DNA of 63,224 bases, counting the filler, from Callorhinchus milii (taxonomy: Eukaryota), in NCBI RefSeq assembly GCF_018977255.1. It is 2 parts of 2 records of this genome, joined end to end, with 100 filler letters (N's around TTAATTAATTAA, not from the genome) between each part and the next. Parts side by side here need not be neighbours in the genome. Positions count along the whole stretch, not along the records: positions 31,678 to 63,224 come from NW_024705616.1; 1 more part is not named here. One strand, given 5' to 3'. The translations under genes and the position numbers were made by a program. Position 1 is the first letter of the stretch. Each line of letters starts with the position of its first letter. A model generated the notes under the pieces. It ran no database searches. It had not been told where the DNA came from and was given only the letters and a program-made list of their open reading frames with translations. This document shows, piece after piece, positions 35,406-47,947 of the stretch.

Positions 35406-35914
35406 ATATCCCATCACGACGTAATGATACCTACAATTGACTAAATTAAATCGCCACACACAGAGTGCTTGGGATGATGCCTTTGCGGTGTAATCTTGTA
35501 GCCCGAGTTTAAAGACGAGGCACTTCCTGACCCACTCCGGTTTTAAAGTGGCGTGTGAATGCTGTCTTCTCACTCGTACCGTACTGCTGTTGAGGTTTTT
35601 TTTTAAAGTTTGTTTAGGTTGACACTTGTGACCGTAACAAAACTCTGTTCAAAAGAATGGTAAAAAAAACTCACGTCGGCATCACTGTCTGGTACAGCTG
35701 TCCCTATCCTTTTTAAAATGTCCTGAAATCTGCTCTAAAGCCAACACACTCGATCCATTAGTCTTTGTTTAATCCGGTATCTTTGGGAGCAGAGCATTTG
35801 AACCGTCTACAAACCGGACTTCCTCCACCCCCTACCCTCCTCCCCCTCACGTGACTTGTCGTGTTCCCCACTTTTGACAGTTGAAAAAACAAAATGTCTT
35901 CCTTCCTTTCTTAG

Positions 35915-36012
35915 TTCTTCGATACACCAAATCTGTTCAAGCCGAAGCATCTCTTGCCAGGAGTTCTCTTCAACAATCCAGACCTGAACATTACCATTGA
36001 GGGCGTATACAG
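35915..36012 (+). CDS. PROM1: Prominin-1-like exon with GC-type donor
   Basis: cctttcttAG / AG|GCAAGT. FFDTPNLFKPKHLLPGVLFNNPDLNITIEGVY, phase 0-2. Confidence 0.85.
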
Positions 36013-36596
36013 GCAAGTCTGTTGCTGTACCACACCCGCTGTTGTACCCCGTCATATGATTCTTGTTTTGACGGAGTCGCTTAGTGTGAGCGCGTTGGCT
36101 TTAAAAGGTGGCTACTGCTGGCAGATGTGCACCTCCTGTGCCGATTAGCACGGTAGGCTGCGTACGGTGCAAAAGAAGTTCTACAGACATGCAGAACCAC
36201 TGCAGTTGGAATGGTTCCGTGCGAATTGGTTCATTGCGGTACACAGTTGCATGTCACATTGCCGAGCCATTATTTAGTCGGCAATGAAGTTATTGACCGA
36301 AAGGCCCAATCCTCGCCCCCTCTCGCCTGGGCAGCTCGTTCCAGGGAGTCCAAACAAGGAAAAAAACAATTATCAGCCTCAAGAAGACTAAAGCAAATAT
36401 AAGGCCAAAATTAAGTGTTTTATTGTACTCGGTGAACACACCTTTTATTACATTCCTAGCTATCAACATCATCGTCATCTACTGCTGGATGAAATCCTCT
36501 CCAAGTTGTGTGGTTTTTTTTTATCCTGGTGTATGTCATGCGAGTAGATGAAACAGTTGCATTTACATAATTTATTATTTCAAATTGGTATAGTAG

Positions 36597-37255
36597 TATT
36601 CTTAGGTTTTTTTCGGTAAAGTTACGTAGGTAAAACATTTTAATTAATAAAAGTTATCGTGCTGTGACGTTCCACCTGAAGACGCAAGCTTGTATTGCCT
36701 TCGAAACGTCGTGATTTTTATTTTATTAATGAAAATTTTTTACCTACGTGACTTTACCGAAAAAACCTAAGAATATGAATCCTTGCAGTTGTAGTGACAT
36801 AGAACGGTCACTACTGTGTCGGCCCGTACGAGGGCTGGGGGCCCAAGGGGGTGCCTGGGGGGTCACGTGGTGGAGGGATCCGGACCTTCCCAGAGGTGGG
36901 GAAGGAAGACGTGGCCTGGGAAGGGAGGCGTGGCCTGGGCAGAGCCAGCCACGCCTGGGTGGAGCCGGCCACGCCAAAGCAGATATAAGCGTGGTGTGAA
37001 CGCGGAGCGAGGCTGTTGTACTGTACTCCGAAGTGAAGACATCATGGGTCGTCGTCCTGGGCCAGGCAGGCCGTTGCCTGCCTGGTCCAGTCTGTGTCGC
37101 GTTCCAGAGTGTTAGTGAGTTGAGGAAGGTGGTCACCACCTCATGTACAGCGTTATGTTACTTACCGTTTAATAAATAGTGTTGCCTCCAAGCTGCGTGT
37201 GTGTGCACCTAATTCGAACCCACTACACAGTCACGAACGCTTCAAATCTAGAATG
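36597..37255 (+). mobile_element. Penelope-type fold-back element, subfamily A, with hammerhead motif 36673-36713; tail split by a solo LTR
   Basis: CAC-CTGAAGA..GAAACGTC-GTG. Tail gaatccttgCAGT / CAGTcacgaacgcttcaaatctagaat is interrupted at the CAGT. Confidence 0.8.
36790..37227 (+). mobile_element. Solo LTR (438 bp)
   Basis: TGTAGTG...CACTACA termini, 4-bp TSD CAGT (36786-36789, 37228-37231), TATA-like GATATAAG at about 36982, AATAAA at 37171. Confidence 0.9.
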
Positions 37256-37481
37256 GTATAATAGTCTTGCTGATGAAAATACGTCTGGGAGCTGAATATC
37301 AATGTCGAGGTCTGCTAGCCACGAGGGGACTGCGGGAAAGTGCACATACACCTTGTGAAGTGTTTTGGAGGTACGGAGAGACGAGAGTTGTTGTATCTTG
37401 AACCCGCCTTCTCTGAGGCTGACTCAATACGAATGCGAGTGTCTGGAATCACCACCCCCCCCCGCCCGTGTGTTTTTACAG

Positions 37482-37566
37482 TGATTGCAAAAGTAACACA
37501 GGGATCCATTCTGCTTTTCAACTCTCAAATCTATTCAACTTGGACAGCCTCCTAAACATCACTCGG
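37482..37566 (+). CDS. PROM1: Prominin-1-like exon (85 nt)
   Basis: tttttacAG / GTaagt. DCKSNTGIHSAFQLSNLFNLDSLLNITR, phase 2-0. Confidence 0.9.
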
Positions 37567-37831
37567 GTAAGTGCATGTTCACGGAAATGCGCCAACACTG
37601 TGATTTGGAATCCTCGTACGAATCAGTTGATATTATTTATGTGCGGTTGAATTGTTTACGTGAGAATACGCCGTGTTATCTTTTTTCTCGTGATCGGAAA
37701 CACGATTGCACACTCACTGTTGTATTACTATTATACAGCAGGCTTCTTTTGAAAATGTTGTGCGGGTCAAAATAAACCGCCTAATTCCGGTGTTCTGTCT
37801 CCTTTCCACACCGCCACCTGAAAACCACCAG

Positions 37832-37978
37832 TATACGGATGACATCGCAAGCAAATTTGACCCCATCAATGTGAACCTGTTGGACATGAAGCTGCTGGAA
37901 CCCAGTGTCAAGCAGAGCCTGCTGAACTTCGCAACGACTGGAATCGGCAGAATCGACTTCAGCGCATTCAGCGCAGAG
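37832..37978 (+). CDS. PROM1: Prominin-1-like exon (147 nt)
   Basis: accAG / GTtctg. YTDDIASKFDPINVNLLDMKLLEPSVKQSLLNFATTGIGRIDFSAFSAE. Confidence 0.9.
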
Positions 37979-38388
37979 GTTCTGTGTCCGTGTCGTCATC
38001 TGTGTCCGTTTTGTCATCTGTGTCTGCGTCATCTGTGTGCGTGTGGGGTTCACTCACGGCGTCACACATCCGATGGTCAACTTCTCATTCATGGTCATGC
38101 ATAACACCACTTTTACACTCGCACTAATGGCCTCTGAAGATCGAGAGAACAAAACTTCTGAATACCCCCCCATAGGTTGACTCAGCCTTAAATAAGTTAA
38201 GCTGGTGCAGCATGTCAACATCATTGCCGGAGAGGCAAAGGTGGCTGGTTACGTGAGGTCCTGGCCACATCACCGCTTCTTGCGCCTTATAGGTCTGAAT
38301 AGGTGCTTACTTAGAGTACTTGTTTCTATTCATAGGACTAAATGGGGAGATCCATGTGTGTGTGCATGTATTCAATATTGCGTGCCTG

Positions 38389-39031
38389 TGTAATGGTTCT
38401 GGAGACACTTGTAGAGGTAACTTCTTTATTACAATTCAACACTCCAACAGTCCTGATACTCTGTTACAGCCTAGGTACACAACCTAGGTACACAGCCTAG
38501 GTACACAGCCTAGGTACACAGCCTAGATACACAGCCTAGCGACACAGCCTAGGTACACAACCTAGGTACACTACTCTGGCTACGCTCTGGGGTCCTCCGG
38601 CTACAATTACCCTAGGGAGGCTATCTGACCCGACCCAGCCAAGGTGCGGGTCTGGACTCTGGCTTCCTCGGAACTCGCACTTACACGGACGTAGAGCCGG
38701 GAGTCCCAGAGTCCCACCACTGGCCCTCACAGCGTCCCGGCCCTTACAAGGACAAGCGGGACGAGGGTGTCCAGGGTCCTAAGCTGGCTGGCTGGCGGGT
38801 CTTGGGTCTTGAGCTACAACTGGCCCTGATCGGCCAGGGAGCTCCCCTTTTATGCCTCGTCCCCAACGAGGGGTGGGTTGTGTGCGCCCCCAGGTATCCC
38901 ACAGAGCACACACAGCCCCCCCCCCCCCCCCCCGTTGGTGGCGCCAAGGGGCCCTAACTGTCTGGGGTGCCTGGGATCCTAGCGCCTGGCGCCAGAGCCC
39001 CCAGTAGCCCCTCCCCTCTTATGGCACTACA
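38389..39031 (-). mobile_element. Solo LTR (643 bp) with an internal 13-bp tandem repeat
   Basis: TGTAATG...CACTACA, TSD CCTG (38385-38388, 39032-39035), (ACACAGCCTAGGT)n at 38466-38570. Shares cccttacaagg and ctaggg(g)aggcta with the Gypsy LTRs. Confidence 0.85.
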
Positions 39032-39636
39032 CCTGCTGAGAGGGTTGGCGACTATCTCTTGAGAAACTTGTTCATCCTGGTCTGCGGTCTTCGTAGCAGT
39101 CCAGCTTTTATTGTCTGCGAGCGGTCTCCAATGTTAATTGTGCAAAGTGCAATTGCGAGAATGCGTTTGCTCTTTCATTCTTAGCGCATGGCAACCCACT
39201 GCTGCCAGCTGATTGGTTGCCGTAGGGAAACAAAAGCCCCCTGAACTATTGAACCTCGGTGTGTAGGCTGATTAATTTATTACACTAAAGTAGCCAAAGC
39301 AAATAGGTGGATCAAAAAATCTGAGCGCGGTGGGATTTATCAAAGTGAGTTGCAGTAATGAAAACAGAGCTTTGTAAATGTCCAAAGCCAATGGGCCCAT
39401 AAGGCCGATCAACATTAATTCCCCCCCCTCCTATGTGGTGTCTACGTTAAAGCTGGCAGCTCATCATAAGCAATGAATGGGCAATTAAGCACCGCACCAT
39501 CGGCTTGTGAAACACAAAGCTGCCATACGCACCGCAAGTAGGGGTCAACGACGTAGCCTGATGTCATGTTGCTGATTGACAGCCTGCGATACAAGTGGCG
39601 TAGCGCAATTCACGACTCCGAGGCAGGTTGCTGTTA

Positions 39637-40084
39637 GGGGCTCACGCCAAGTTTGTTAAGGGCTCACGCCAAGTTTGTTAAGGGCTCACGCCAGGTGGTT
39701 AAGGGCTCACGCCAGGTGGTAAAGGGCTCACGCCAGGTGGTTAAGGGCTCTCGCCAGGTGGTTAAGGGCTCACGCCAGGTGGTTAAGGGTTTACGCCAGG
39801 TGGTTAAGGGCTCACGCCAGGTGGTTAAGGGCTCACGCCAGGTGGTTAAGGGCTCTCGCCAGGTGGTTAAGGGCTCACGCCAGGTGGTTAAGGGCTCACG
39901 CCAGGTGGTTAAGGGCTCACGCCAGGTGGTTAAGGGCTCACGCCAGGTGGTTAAGGGCTCACGCCAGGTGGTTAAGGGCTCACGCCAGGTGGTTAAGGGC
40001 TCACGCCAGGTGGTTAAGGGCTCACGCCAGGTGGTTAAGTGCTCACGCCAGGTGGTTAAGGGTTTACGCCGGGTGGTTAAGGGC
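39637..40084. repeat. 21-bp minisatellite, left part (about 21 units)
   Basis: (GGTTAAGGGCTCACGCCAGGT)n. Confidence 0.97.
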
Positions 40085-40783
40085 GAGGCTCCTGCTGGAG
40101 AGGCACAGAGAGAAGAACAAAGCTGTGCACGTGTCGTTCCTCGACCTTGAAAAGGCATTTGACAGGGTCCCCCACGACCTCATCTGGCACTCGCTTCGAT
40201 CCCATGGAGTCCCTGAAACCTACGTGCATTGGGTGCAACTCCTATACTAGAACGTCACCAGTGCAGTCAGGTGTGCAGTGGGCATATTACCGCCATTTCC
40301 CATCAGCGTTGGAGTGCACCAAGGATCGGCCCTGTCACCACTCCTGTTTATCCTGTGCATGGACACAATCACTGCCGACCTGCACACGCCCCTGCCATGG
40401 TCAATTCTCTACGCGGATGACGTCCTCCTCTCAGATGAAAAGAGAGGAGAAGTGGAAAGACAAACGCGCCTGTGGAAGGAACGTTTGGACGAAAACGGGA
40501 TGAGGTTCAACATCAAAAAGACAGAGTATATGGAGTGTGGCCCCCAAACCGACGGCACCATCAGCATTGACGGAGAAGATCTGAAGAAAGTGACGGACTT
40601 TAAGTACCTGGGCTCCACCATCAGCTCAGATGGTAGCATCACGACTGATGTGAGGTCACGAGTCAATGCGGCATGGGTGAAGTGGAGGACAGTCACCGGA
40701 GTCCTCTGTGATAGGAAAATGCCGGATAGGCTGAAGGGAAAAATTTACAAGACCATCGTCCGACCGGTGGCACTCTATGGATC
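40083..40783 (+). mobile_element. RTE-clade LINE, 5'-truncated, upstream part
   Basis: FLDLEKAFDRVP, GVHQGSALSPLLF, LYADD, FKYLGS, IYKTIVRPVALYGS. One in-frame stop at about 40248. Confidence 0.93.
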
Positions 40784-41350
40784 TGAAGTACCGGTGAAGA
40801 CACTTGACACCGAGGTGGAGGCACACGGATATTTATTCAACAAAGCTCGTATGTGACATACAGCACTGGAGGGGGTATCGGCCCCCTCACCCGACTAGCT
40901 AGGGATACTCTTCCTAGCTAAGTCCTAGCCTGCCTCACAGTCCTCCACTACTGGGCTAGGGGAGGCTACTTGGCCCGACACTGGTAAGTCGGGCCCGGTA
41001 CCCGGATCCCAGAGGACTAACTCTGGTTCCGGGACCACGCCGCTGTCTCAGCCTGTACTGCCCTTACAAGGCGGCGTTCCAGGGGAGTCCAGGGCCTATC
41101 TGGCCGGTCTTCCGTCTTCCTTAGTTAACTATAACATAACTGACTCGAGCCCATATAACGTCCCCTTTTATACCCAACCCTCCTTGAGGGGTGGGGCCCC
41201 GGGGGATCATAACGCCAAACCAGCCCCCCCCAGGGTGTCTGGCTCGGACGTCGCAGAGGGCATCTCCCTGTGCACACACGTAGCCCCGCCCACTGTGTTT
41301 CTTTCCCATAGACTGCCATACATAACGGCCCTCTCTCTAACACCCCTACA
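40784..41350 (-). repeat. Gypsy 3' LTR (567 bp)
   Basis: Near-identical to 46966-47535. Polypurine tract (rc of tcactccccct-like run) adjacent at 41351-41363. Confidence 0.96.
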
Positions 41351-41450
41351 TCACTCCCCCCTGCATAGCTCGCAGCCGTCCCGGCTGCCAACATACAAAT
41401 GACAATAAAAATGAATTTATACCGTAACCGCGCGTGTGCCTCACTAATTT

Positions 41451-44400
41451 TCAACAATAACAAGAACGGCAACAAGAACACAACAAAATGCAACAGCAAG
41501 AAGAGAAAACAACCCGACGCACCCCCCCTTGAATAAATACGAATTCCGTAAGAAACAAGCTATATACAATTTGCAGGGAAGCCACCATACACACAACAGC
41601 AGGTGAGCACAACGTATGTAAATTCAATGGGCAGGGAACACCCCCCCACACAACACACAATGAACACAACATATATACACATCTTGCGGTTTCACAACAG
41701 TCTGCGCATTTTTGCGCGTGTCCTTGCGGCGGGCCCCTCACACGGGGAAACCCCGGGTGGCGGACCGTCAGGTGGTAATCGTCCGTCCCGGAGTGAGCCT
41801 CCTCTGATGCCGCGTGACTGTTGGTATCCCCAGAAGGGGTGGTCGGGCGTGAGCCCGTCAGTCTCGATGCACCTGGAGGTGGCACGGCCGGCAAGGCATT
41901 AGGTGAGCGCGGTGGAGACGGACCTAGTGAGTCGGTCGACCCCCCACACGTCTGGCCACGCATGTGTGAAGTGGGTTTGTGTACCGCGACGAAGGGTTTC
42001 AACCGAGAGGGGTGCACGAACCATCGCCGCTTCCCCCAACGAATGCGCACGCACTGTGGTCGCAAGACCTCGACCACTTCCACAGGGCCCCGCCACGGCC
42101 GCGCCAGCTTAGGGGAGGTAGCCAGGGGTACTTGGGGACAGTGCAACCATGCCTGTCCCCCGGTTTCCACTGTATTACATGCGCCCGACCCAGCCTGAGG
42201 CGCTCGTTCGCCTTTTGACGGAGGTCCGAGTTCAACCTCGCAGCATCCCGCGCCTCTGTTAATTTAGCCAGATTAAATTTGACGTGGTCAGCCAATTTAG
42301 TTTTTCCTTGCGGGTCGGGGATCTGCAGCTGGGCGCGAACAGGCGGGTCGGGTTCGCGACCGTACATAAGGTAAAAGGGGGAAAATCCCGTAGCTGCATG
42401 GGGTGCCATCCGGTATGCCGCCAAGACCCCTGAATATGCAGGTCCCAATCAGTCTGTGAATCTGAGACCTGCTGTGCCATCATTGACGAAATGGTGCGAT
42501 GCAGGCGCTCGACCATTCCGTCAGTCTGTGGGTGATACGGGGAGGTCCGAATTTTCTTTGTGCCTAAGAGGTCACAGACTTGTTTAAGTAATTTGCTGGA
42601 AAAATTTTTACCCTGGTCGGTCAGCAGCCGTTCCGGAGCACCTTTGTCCAGGACGTATCCCTGAACAAAGGCGTCCACGATGGCTGCTGCCGACTGGTTG
42701 GCAAGGGGCCAGGCCATGGGCCAGCGCGTAAAATACTCGACCCTGTCAGCAAATACCTATTGCCCCTGGGGGTGGCGGGAAATGGGCCCAAGATGTCCAG
42801 CGCGACAAGCTCATTTATTCTGGACACCTTGATCGATTGTAAAGGCGGGTTAGACTCCCGTGCCGGCGGTTTCCGTTGCGCACACCGCGGGCATGAACTC
42901 AATAGATCCCCAACATCCTTTGTCATACCAGGCCAAAAAAAATCAAGTTGTATCAGTGCAAGGGTCTTTAGGTCCCCAGGTGTAACAGGCGCTCATGCGC
43001 GGCCCACACCACCTTGCCTCGCAACTCAGAAGGGACGACCAGCCGATGTCGCTGTGATTTGCCGTCCCAATGCATGAGCAGACCCTGCACCATTTCCCAT
43101 GCACCGAATCACCTTTCACCCGCCCAGCACCCCCGACGCGACGACGCCACCCGAGGAGGGAGGTATCCTCCATTTGGAGGCGCCCCCACTCAGTGACGGG
43201 CAACCCCAACAGGGAATCTCTTCCCTGTTGTTCGATCGAATTTCAGGCAGTGGTTCGTCGTCGTCGGTGGCTGCCAGGATCGGAACCGATGCGTCCCCTG
43301 AAGGTCTGCAACGTCCCGACCCCAGGAGGCATGCACATTCCGAGGTGGTTGGCATGCGTGACAGAGCGTCCGCGTTGGTATGGCGAACGCCCTTACGGTA
43401 GGTGGTCTCAAAATCAAAGTCCTGGAGAACCTCCAACCATCGAGACAACTGTCCCGATGGTTGTTGAACTCGCAGGGCATACTGTAGTGCCGCATGATCT
43501 GTGCGGACGGTGAAATGCCGACCGTACAGATATGGGCGATACTGTTGGATGAAAAAACAATTGCCAACAGTTCTCTACGGGTGACACAATATCTTTGCTC
43601 CGCAGGAGACAACACCCGACTACCGTACGCGACCACCCGTTCAACGCCATCAACCACCTGGGAAAGCACACCCCCAATACCCGTGTTGCTCGCATCGGTG
43701 TCGAGCAAAAAGGGCTTCGAAAAATCAGGGTAAATCAAGGGAGGGGCTTTTACCAGGGCGTCCCGAAGGGAGCGGAACGCAGCCTCCTCCTCTTGACCCC
43801 AGTGGAACCGAACCCCTTTAGATGTTAAAGCGTGCAGGGGTTTAGCAATTGTCGCAAAATCAGCAACAAACCGTCGATAATACGACGCGAACCCAATGAA
43901 ACTCCTGACCTCTCCCACCGAGGTGGGAGTCGGCCAGGAGCTGACACACTGCGTTTTGGCGGGATCGGTAGCAATACCTGAGCGTCCCACGATGTGCCCC
44001 AAATAACGCACCGAATCACGCAACAAATGGCATTTTTGGGGCTTGAATTTCAAATTAGCAGCCCGCATCTTTAGGAAAACCGCCCGCAACCTCTGGAGAT
44101 GTTCATCAAAAGTTTTACCAAAGACGATAACGTCATCCAAATAAATGAGGCACGACTCCCATTGCAGTCCAGCCAAAACCAATTCCATTAAACGCTGGAA
44201 AGTTGCCGGCGCTGAGTGTAAGCCCATCGGCAACCGGTTGAATTGAAACAAGCCGTGCGGTGTACGAAAAGCAGTTTTAGGCTTTGACTCATCCAGAGGA
44301 AGCTGCCAGAATCCCGAAAGTAAATCGAGTGTGGAAAAGAATCGCGCTCCCGCCAAGGCGTCAAGCGATTCATCCATCCGAGGGAGCGGGTATGCGTCGG

Positions 44401-46860
44401 CAACCGAAATTTTGTTAAGACGCCGGAAGTCAACGCAAAACCGCAACGAACCGTCCTGCTTTTTAACCAGGACGATCGGCGCTCCCCAAGGGCTGGTGGA
44501 AGGAGAAATGATGTCGCGGCCAACATGTCATCAACAGCCGATTTGACATGGTCCTTTTCGGCGGGACTCAACCGAAACGGATTTTGGCGAATTGGCGCGC
44601 TGTCACCCGTGTCAATATGGTGACGCAGCAAGTGAGTACAACCCAAATCATATTTATTTCGACTAAAAACGTCGGAAAATTCTCGCAGTAGTGTTTTAAG
44701 TTGTTGACGCTCTGAATCGGACAGGTCCGTCGATCCCGCACAAAGCGCCTCGAGCCACCCTTCATCGCTGTCCGAATGCGGTCGCGACGCAGGGACAGTG
44801 TTGACGCGATTTACGGCGGGTTCCTCACACGGCACCGGCGTTGCGTGAGCAAGCACGGTCCCCTGTGGGACCACCACCGTCTGCGAGCCCACATTAGGAC
44901 CGCGATGAAGGGTTCACCATCCCCTCTCACTATGGTCTGGGCCGGAAGTAAGTCAGGTCCACTAACCCCGGCCCTAGACGGTCCCAACAGTACCCCTTGT
45001 GCCCCAGCACCCTTAACGAGGGCCGCCGAAGTTTCAAGGGTACCAACATTTGCGTCCCCGGAGGGACGCGTACCGTTCTCTCCACGAACGCCGGCACCGT
45101 CGCGAACGCCGTCCGAGTCGCAACCGGTGATGGCAGAAACGCCATGCGTCTGCCCGACGGAAGCTCTATACACCCTGGTCGATCAAAATTACAATCGGCA
45201 TTTTGGCCAGGAAGTCCGTCCCCAGCAGGCACGGAACCGCCAGCGAGGAGAAACAAAAATCGGCCCAGACAATTTTATTTCCCCGATACAAATTTGGGCA
45301 CGAATTTGTCCGATGATGCCAAGTGAGCCCCCGTTAGCCGCATAGAATGGTATGTTAACAGGCATCAAGGACGACTCCGGACAGGGAGAATATTATAAAT
45401 CAATTCCGAAATAATAGTCGCCGATGCTCCCGTATCGACCAGGATGCGCACTTCAACCCCGTCGATATACCCCACAACGGCCGACGACCCCGACGATGCG
45501 GCTACCACACGATCGGCCAGCACGGACCACTGGCCGGGTTCGATATGGGTACCCGGAGTGGTGCGTGATGGTGCGATGGTGCGTGATACCGGCCCCCCTC
45601 TCGTTGCGGTGTTTGAGTGCGTGACGGGTGTGTGTGTGGGCCAAACGTGTGGGGTGCCGCGACTCGCCGGTTTTTGATGGTGGAGCTTGGGATGAGGCCC
45701 GTCGTCCCGGTGAGGTGTCGTCCCGCGCTGACGAGGAGAGCGGCACCCCGAGGCGACGTGGCCCCGGACGCCGCAGTTAAAACACCGTGGGAGCGGCGTC
45801 GGAGGTGACGAATGGTCGGAACGGCCCGACCCGTCCTGGCCCGGCCGTGCACTCGTCGCCTGTTGCCGTCGGTGGTCGACGGCGTAGAGTTCCTCCGTCG
45901 GAAGGGTGGCTGCAGCCACCGCACGCCCCGCCGATGCCCTGCTGGCTTTCCGCCGGAGCGACAGGAGGTTTGCGTGGAGGAGCCGCGCCGCCTGGAGCGA
46001 TGTCATTTCCGCGTCCTCCTGTGCGACGACAGCGATGTCAAGGTCGTCAGCCAGGAGGAGTATTTTCTCCGTCACCATAGCGTCGATGCCGTCGTCATCC
46101 ATACGGGGGAAGGCCGACTTGGCCATCGCCAGGAGGCTCGTTCGGTACGCCAGGGGCGACTCCTTTTCACCCCGCTTGCGGTCGTAGAACTCCTGTCTGC
46201 ATTCCGCCGATGGTCCGTAGACCCCTCCCAGCAGCTGCAGCGCCATCGGTAACGTCGCCCGCCTTCTTTTGGTGCCGATGTGAGGGCTGCGAGCGCGTCG
46301 CTGTCGAGGAGCGCCGGCAGCGCGCAGAGAGCCTCCTCGTCTGTCCACCTCGCCATCTCTTGATGGGCGAGGAATCGTCTGCGGAACCCGGCCCAGTCCC
46401 CCTCCGCGCCGACGAACTCTTTCAGCGGGGGCAGCCTCTGATGGAGTGCAGCGGTCGTTGTTGATTCCCGCGGGCGGATGTCACCTCCACTCGGCTGTGC
46501 GTCGGTACGAGCGGCCGATGGGATCGCCTGTCGCGGTGGTGATGACGTCGTGGCTTCAGCGACGGCGATGCCGGAGTGGATGTTTAGGCTGGCCACGCCC
46601 CGAACAGCTGCAGCGTCGATGGCGGGAGATTCAAACTCGGGCTGCTCCGAAATGGCGGGAAGGCGCCCTGGTCGTTGGCCCGCCTCGCCCCGTGCTGAAT
46701 CACCGGCCCCCAGCCGCGTGATGGTCTCCAGCGTGGCGGCAGCGGCATATAACAGCTCCGCCAGCCTCGCGTGAGCCAGCCGCAACGCGTCTGACTGTGG
46801 TCCTTCTTGACTCAGATGCCCCGGTAAGGAGACATCAGGCCCCGGCTGCACCATGTCTTG
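41451..46860 (-). pseudogene. Gypsy gag-pol, broken by several frameshifts
   Basis: Zinc knuckle CFNCGVRGHVASGC, protease LVDTGAS, RT RFCVDFR..YLDD, RNase H DTDAS, integrase CPRC..LDILGP..TDQG..YHPQTDGMVER, C-terminal KLARPWRGP. Confidence 0.92.
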
Positions 46861-46950
46861 TGTAGCCGTCCGGGCTCGACGATCTCGGCAGTCTCTTCCT
46901 CTGCGGTACTTTGGTCCGCGCTGTCTTCCGTGTGTCCATGTTCGAGTTTT

Positions 46951-46963
46951 ACTTCTGACACCA
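46951..46963 (-). other. Primer-binding site (tRNA-Leu type)
   Basis: TGGTGTCAGAAGT, 2 nt inside the 5' LTR boundary. Complementary to the ACTTCTGACACCA 3' end of tRNA-Leu(CAA) as I recall it. Confidence 0.85.
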
Positions 46964-46965
46964 GT

Positions 46966-47535
46966 TGAAGTACCGGTGAAGACACTTGACGCCGAGGTGG
47001 AGGCACACGGATATTTATTCAACAAAGCTCGTATGTGACATACAGCACTGGAGGGGGTATCGGCCCCCTCACCCGACTAGCTAAGGATACTCTTCCTAGC
47101 TAAGTCCTAGCCTGCCTCACAGTCCTCCACTACTGGGCTAGGGGAGGCTACTTGGCCCGACACTGGTAAGTCGGGCCCGGTATCCGGAATCCCAGAGGAC
47201 TAACTCTGGTTCCGGGACCACGCCACTGTCTCCAGCCTGTACTGCCCTTACAAGGGCGGCGTTCCAGGGGGAGTCCAGGGCCTATCTGGCCGGTCTTCCG
47301 TCTTCTTAGTTAACTATAACATAACTGACTCGAGCCCATATAACGTCCCCTTTTATACCCAACCCTCCTCGAGGGGTGGGGCCCCGGGGGATCGTAACGC
47401 CAAACCAGCCCCCCCCAGGGTGTCTGGCTCGGACGTCGCAGAGGGCATCTCCCTGTGCACACACGTAGCCCCGCCCACTGTGTTTCTTTCCCATAGACTG
47501 CCATACATAACGGCCCTCTCTCTAACACCCCTACA
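46966..47535 (-). repeat. Gypsy 5' LTR (570 bp)
   Basis: Direct repeat of 40784-41350. Confidence 0.96.
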
Positions 47536-47539
47536 GATC

Positions 47540-47947
47540 CAAGTGCTGGCCAGCCACAACTGAACACGAACAAGCTCTCCACACCATGGAGATGAGGATG
47601 CTCAGATGGAGCCTCGGACTCACTCGATGGGATCGTGTCATGAACGAAGACGTTCGGAAGCGACTTGGTGTGGCCCCCATTGCGGACAAGATGCTTGAGG
47701 CAAGGCTTCGGTGGTACGGCCATGTGATGCGAAGTGAAGAGTCATCAGTGGCCAAGACTGCCATGCGTATTGAGCCAGAGGGCCGCCGTCCACGCGGACG
47801 TCCAAAGAAGCGATGGATGGGTCGAATAAAGGAAGACATAAAGACGGTCAACGTATCCCCTGAAGATGCCCTGGACCGAGCCAAATGGAGAAGACAATGC
47901 CGAAAAGCGGCCCCTGCGCCACAGCGGGAACAACGCTAGGAAAAAGA
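47540..47947 (+). mobile_element. RTE-clade LINE, downstream part to the 3' end
   Basis: Removing the Gypsy and one TSD restores ALYGS-KCWPATTEHEQALHTMEMRMLRW..RLRWYGHVMR..GRRPRGRPKKRW. Stop at 47939, short GAAAAAGA tail. Confidence 0.93.

Larger units (their letters stand above)
40784..47535 (-). mobile_element. Full-length Ty3/Gypsy LTR retrotransposon (6752 bp)
   Basis: LTRs 46966-47535 (5') and 40784-41350 (3') with TG..CA ends, TSD GATC (40780-40783, 47536-47539), PBS, PPT, and gag-PR-RT-RH-IN order. Confidence 0.97.
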
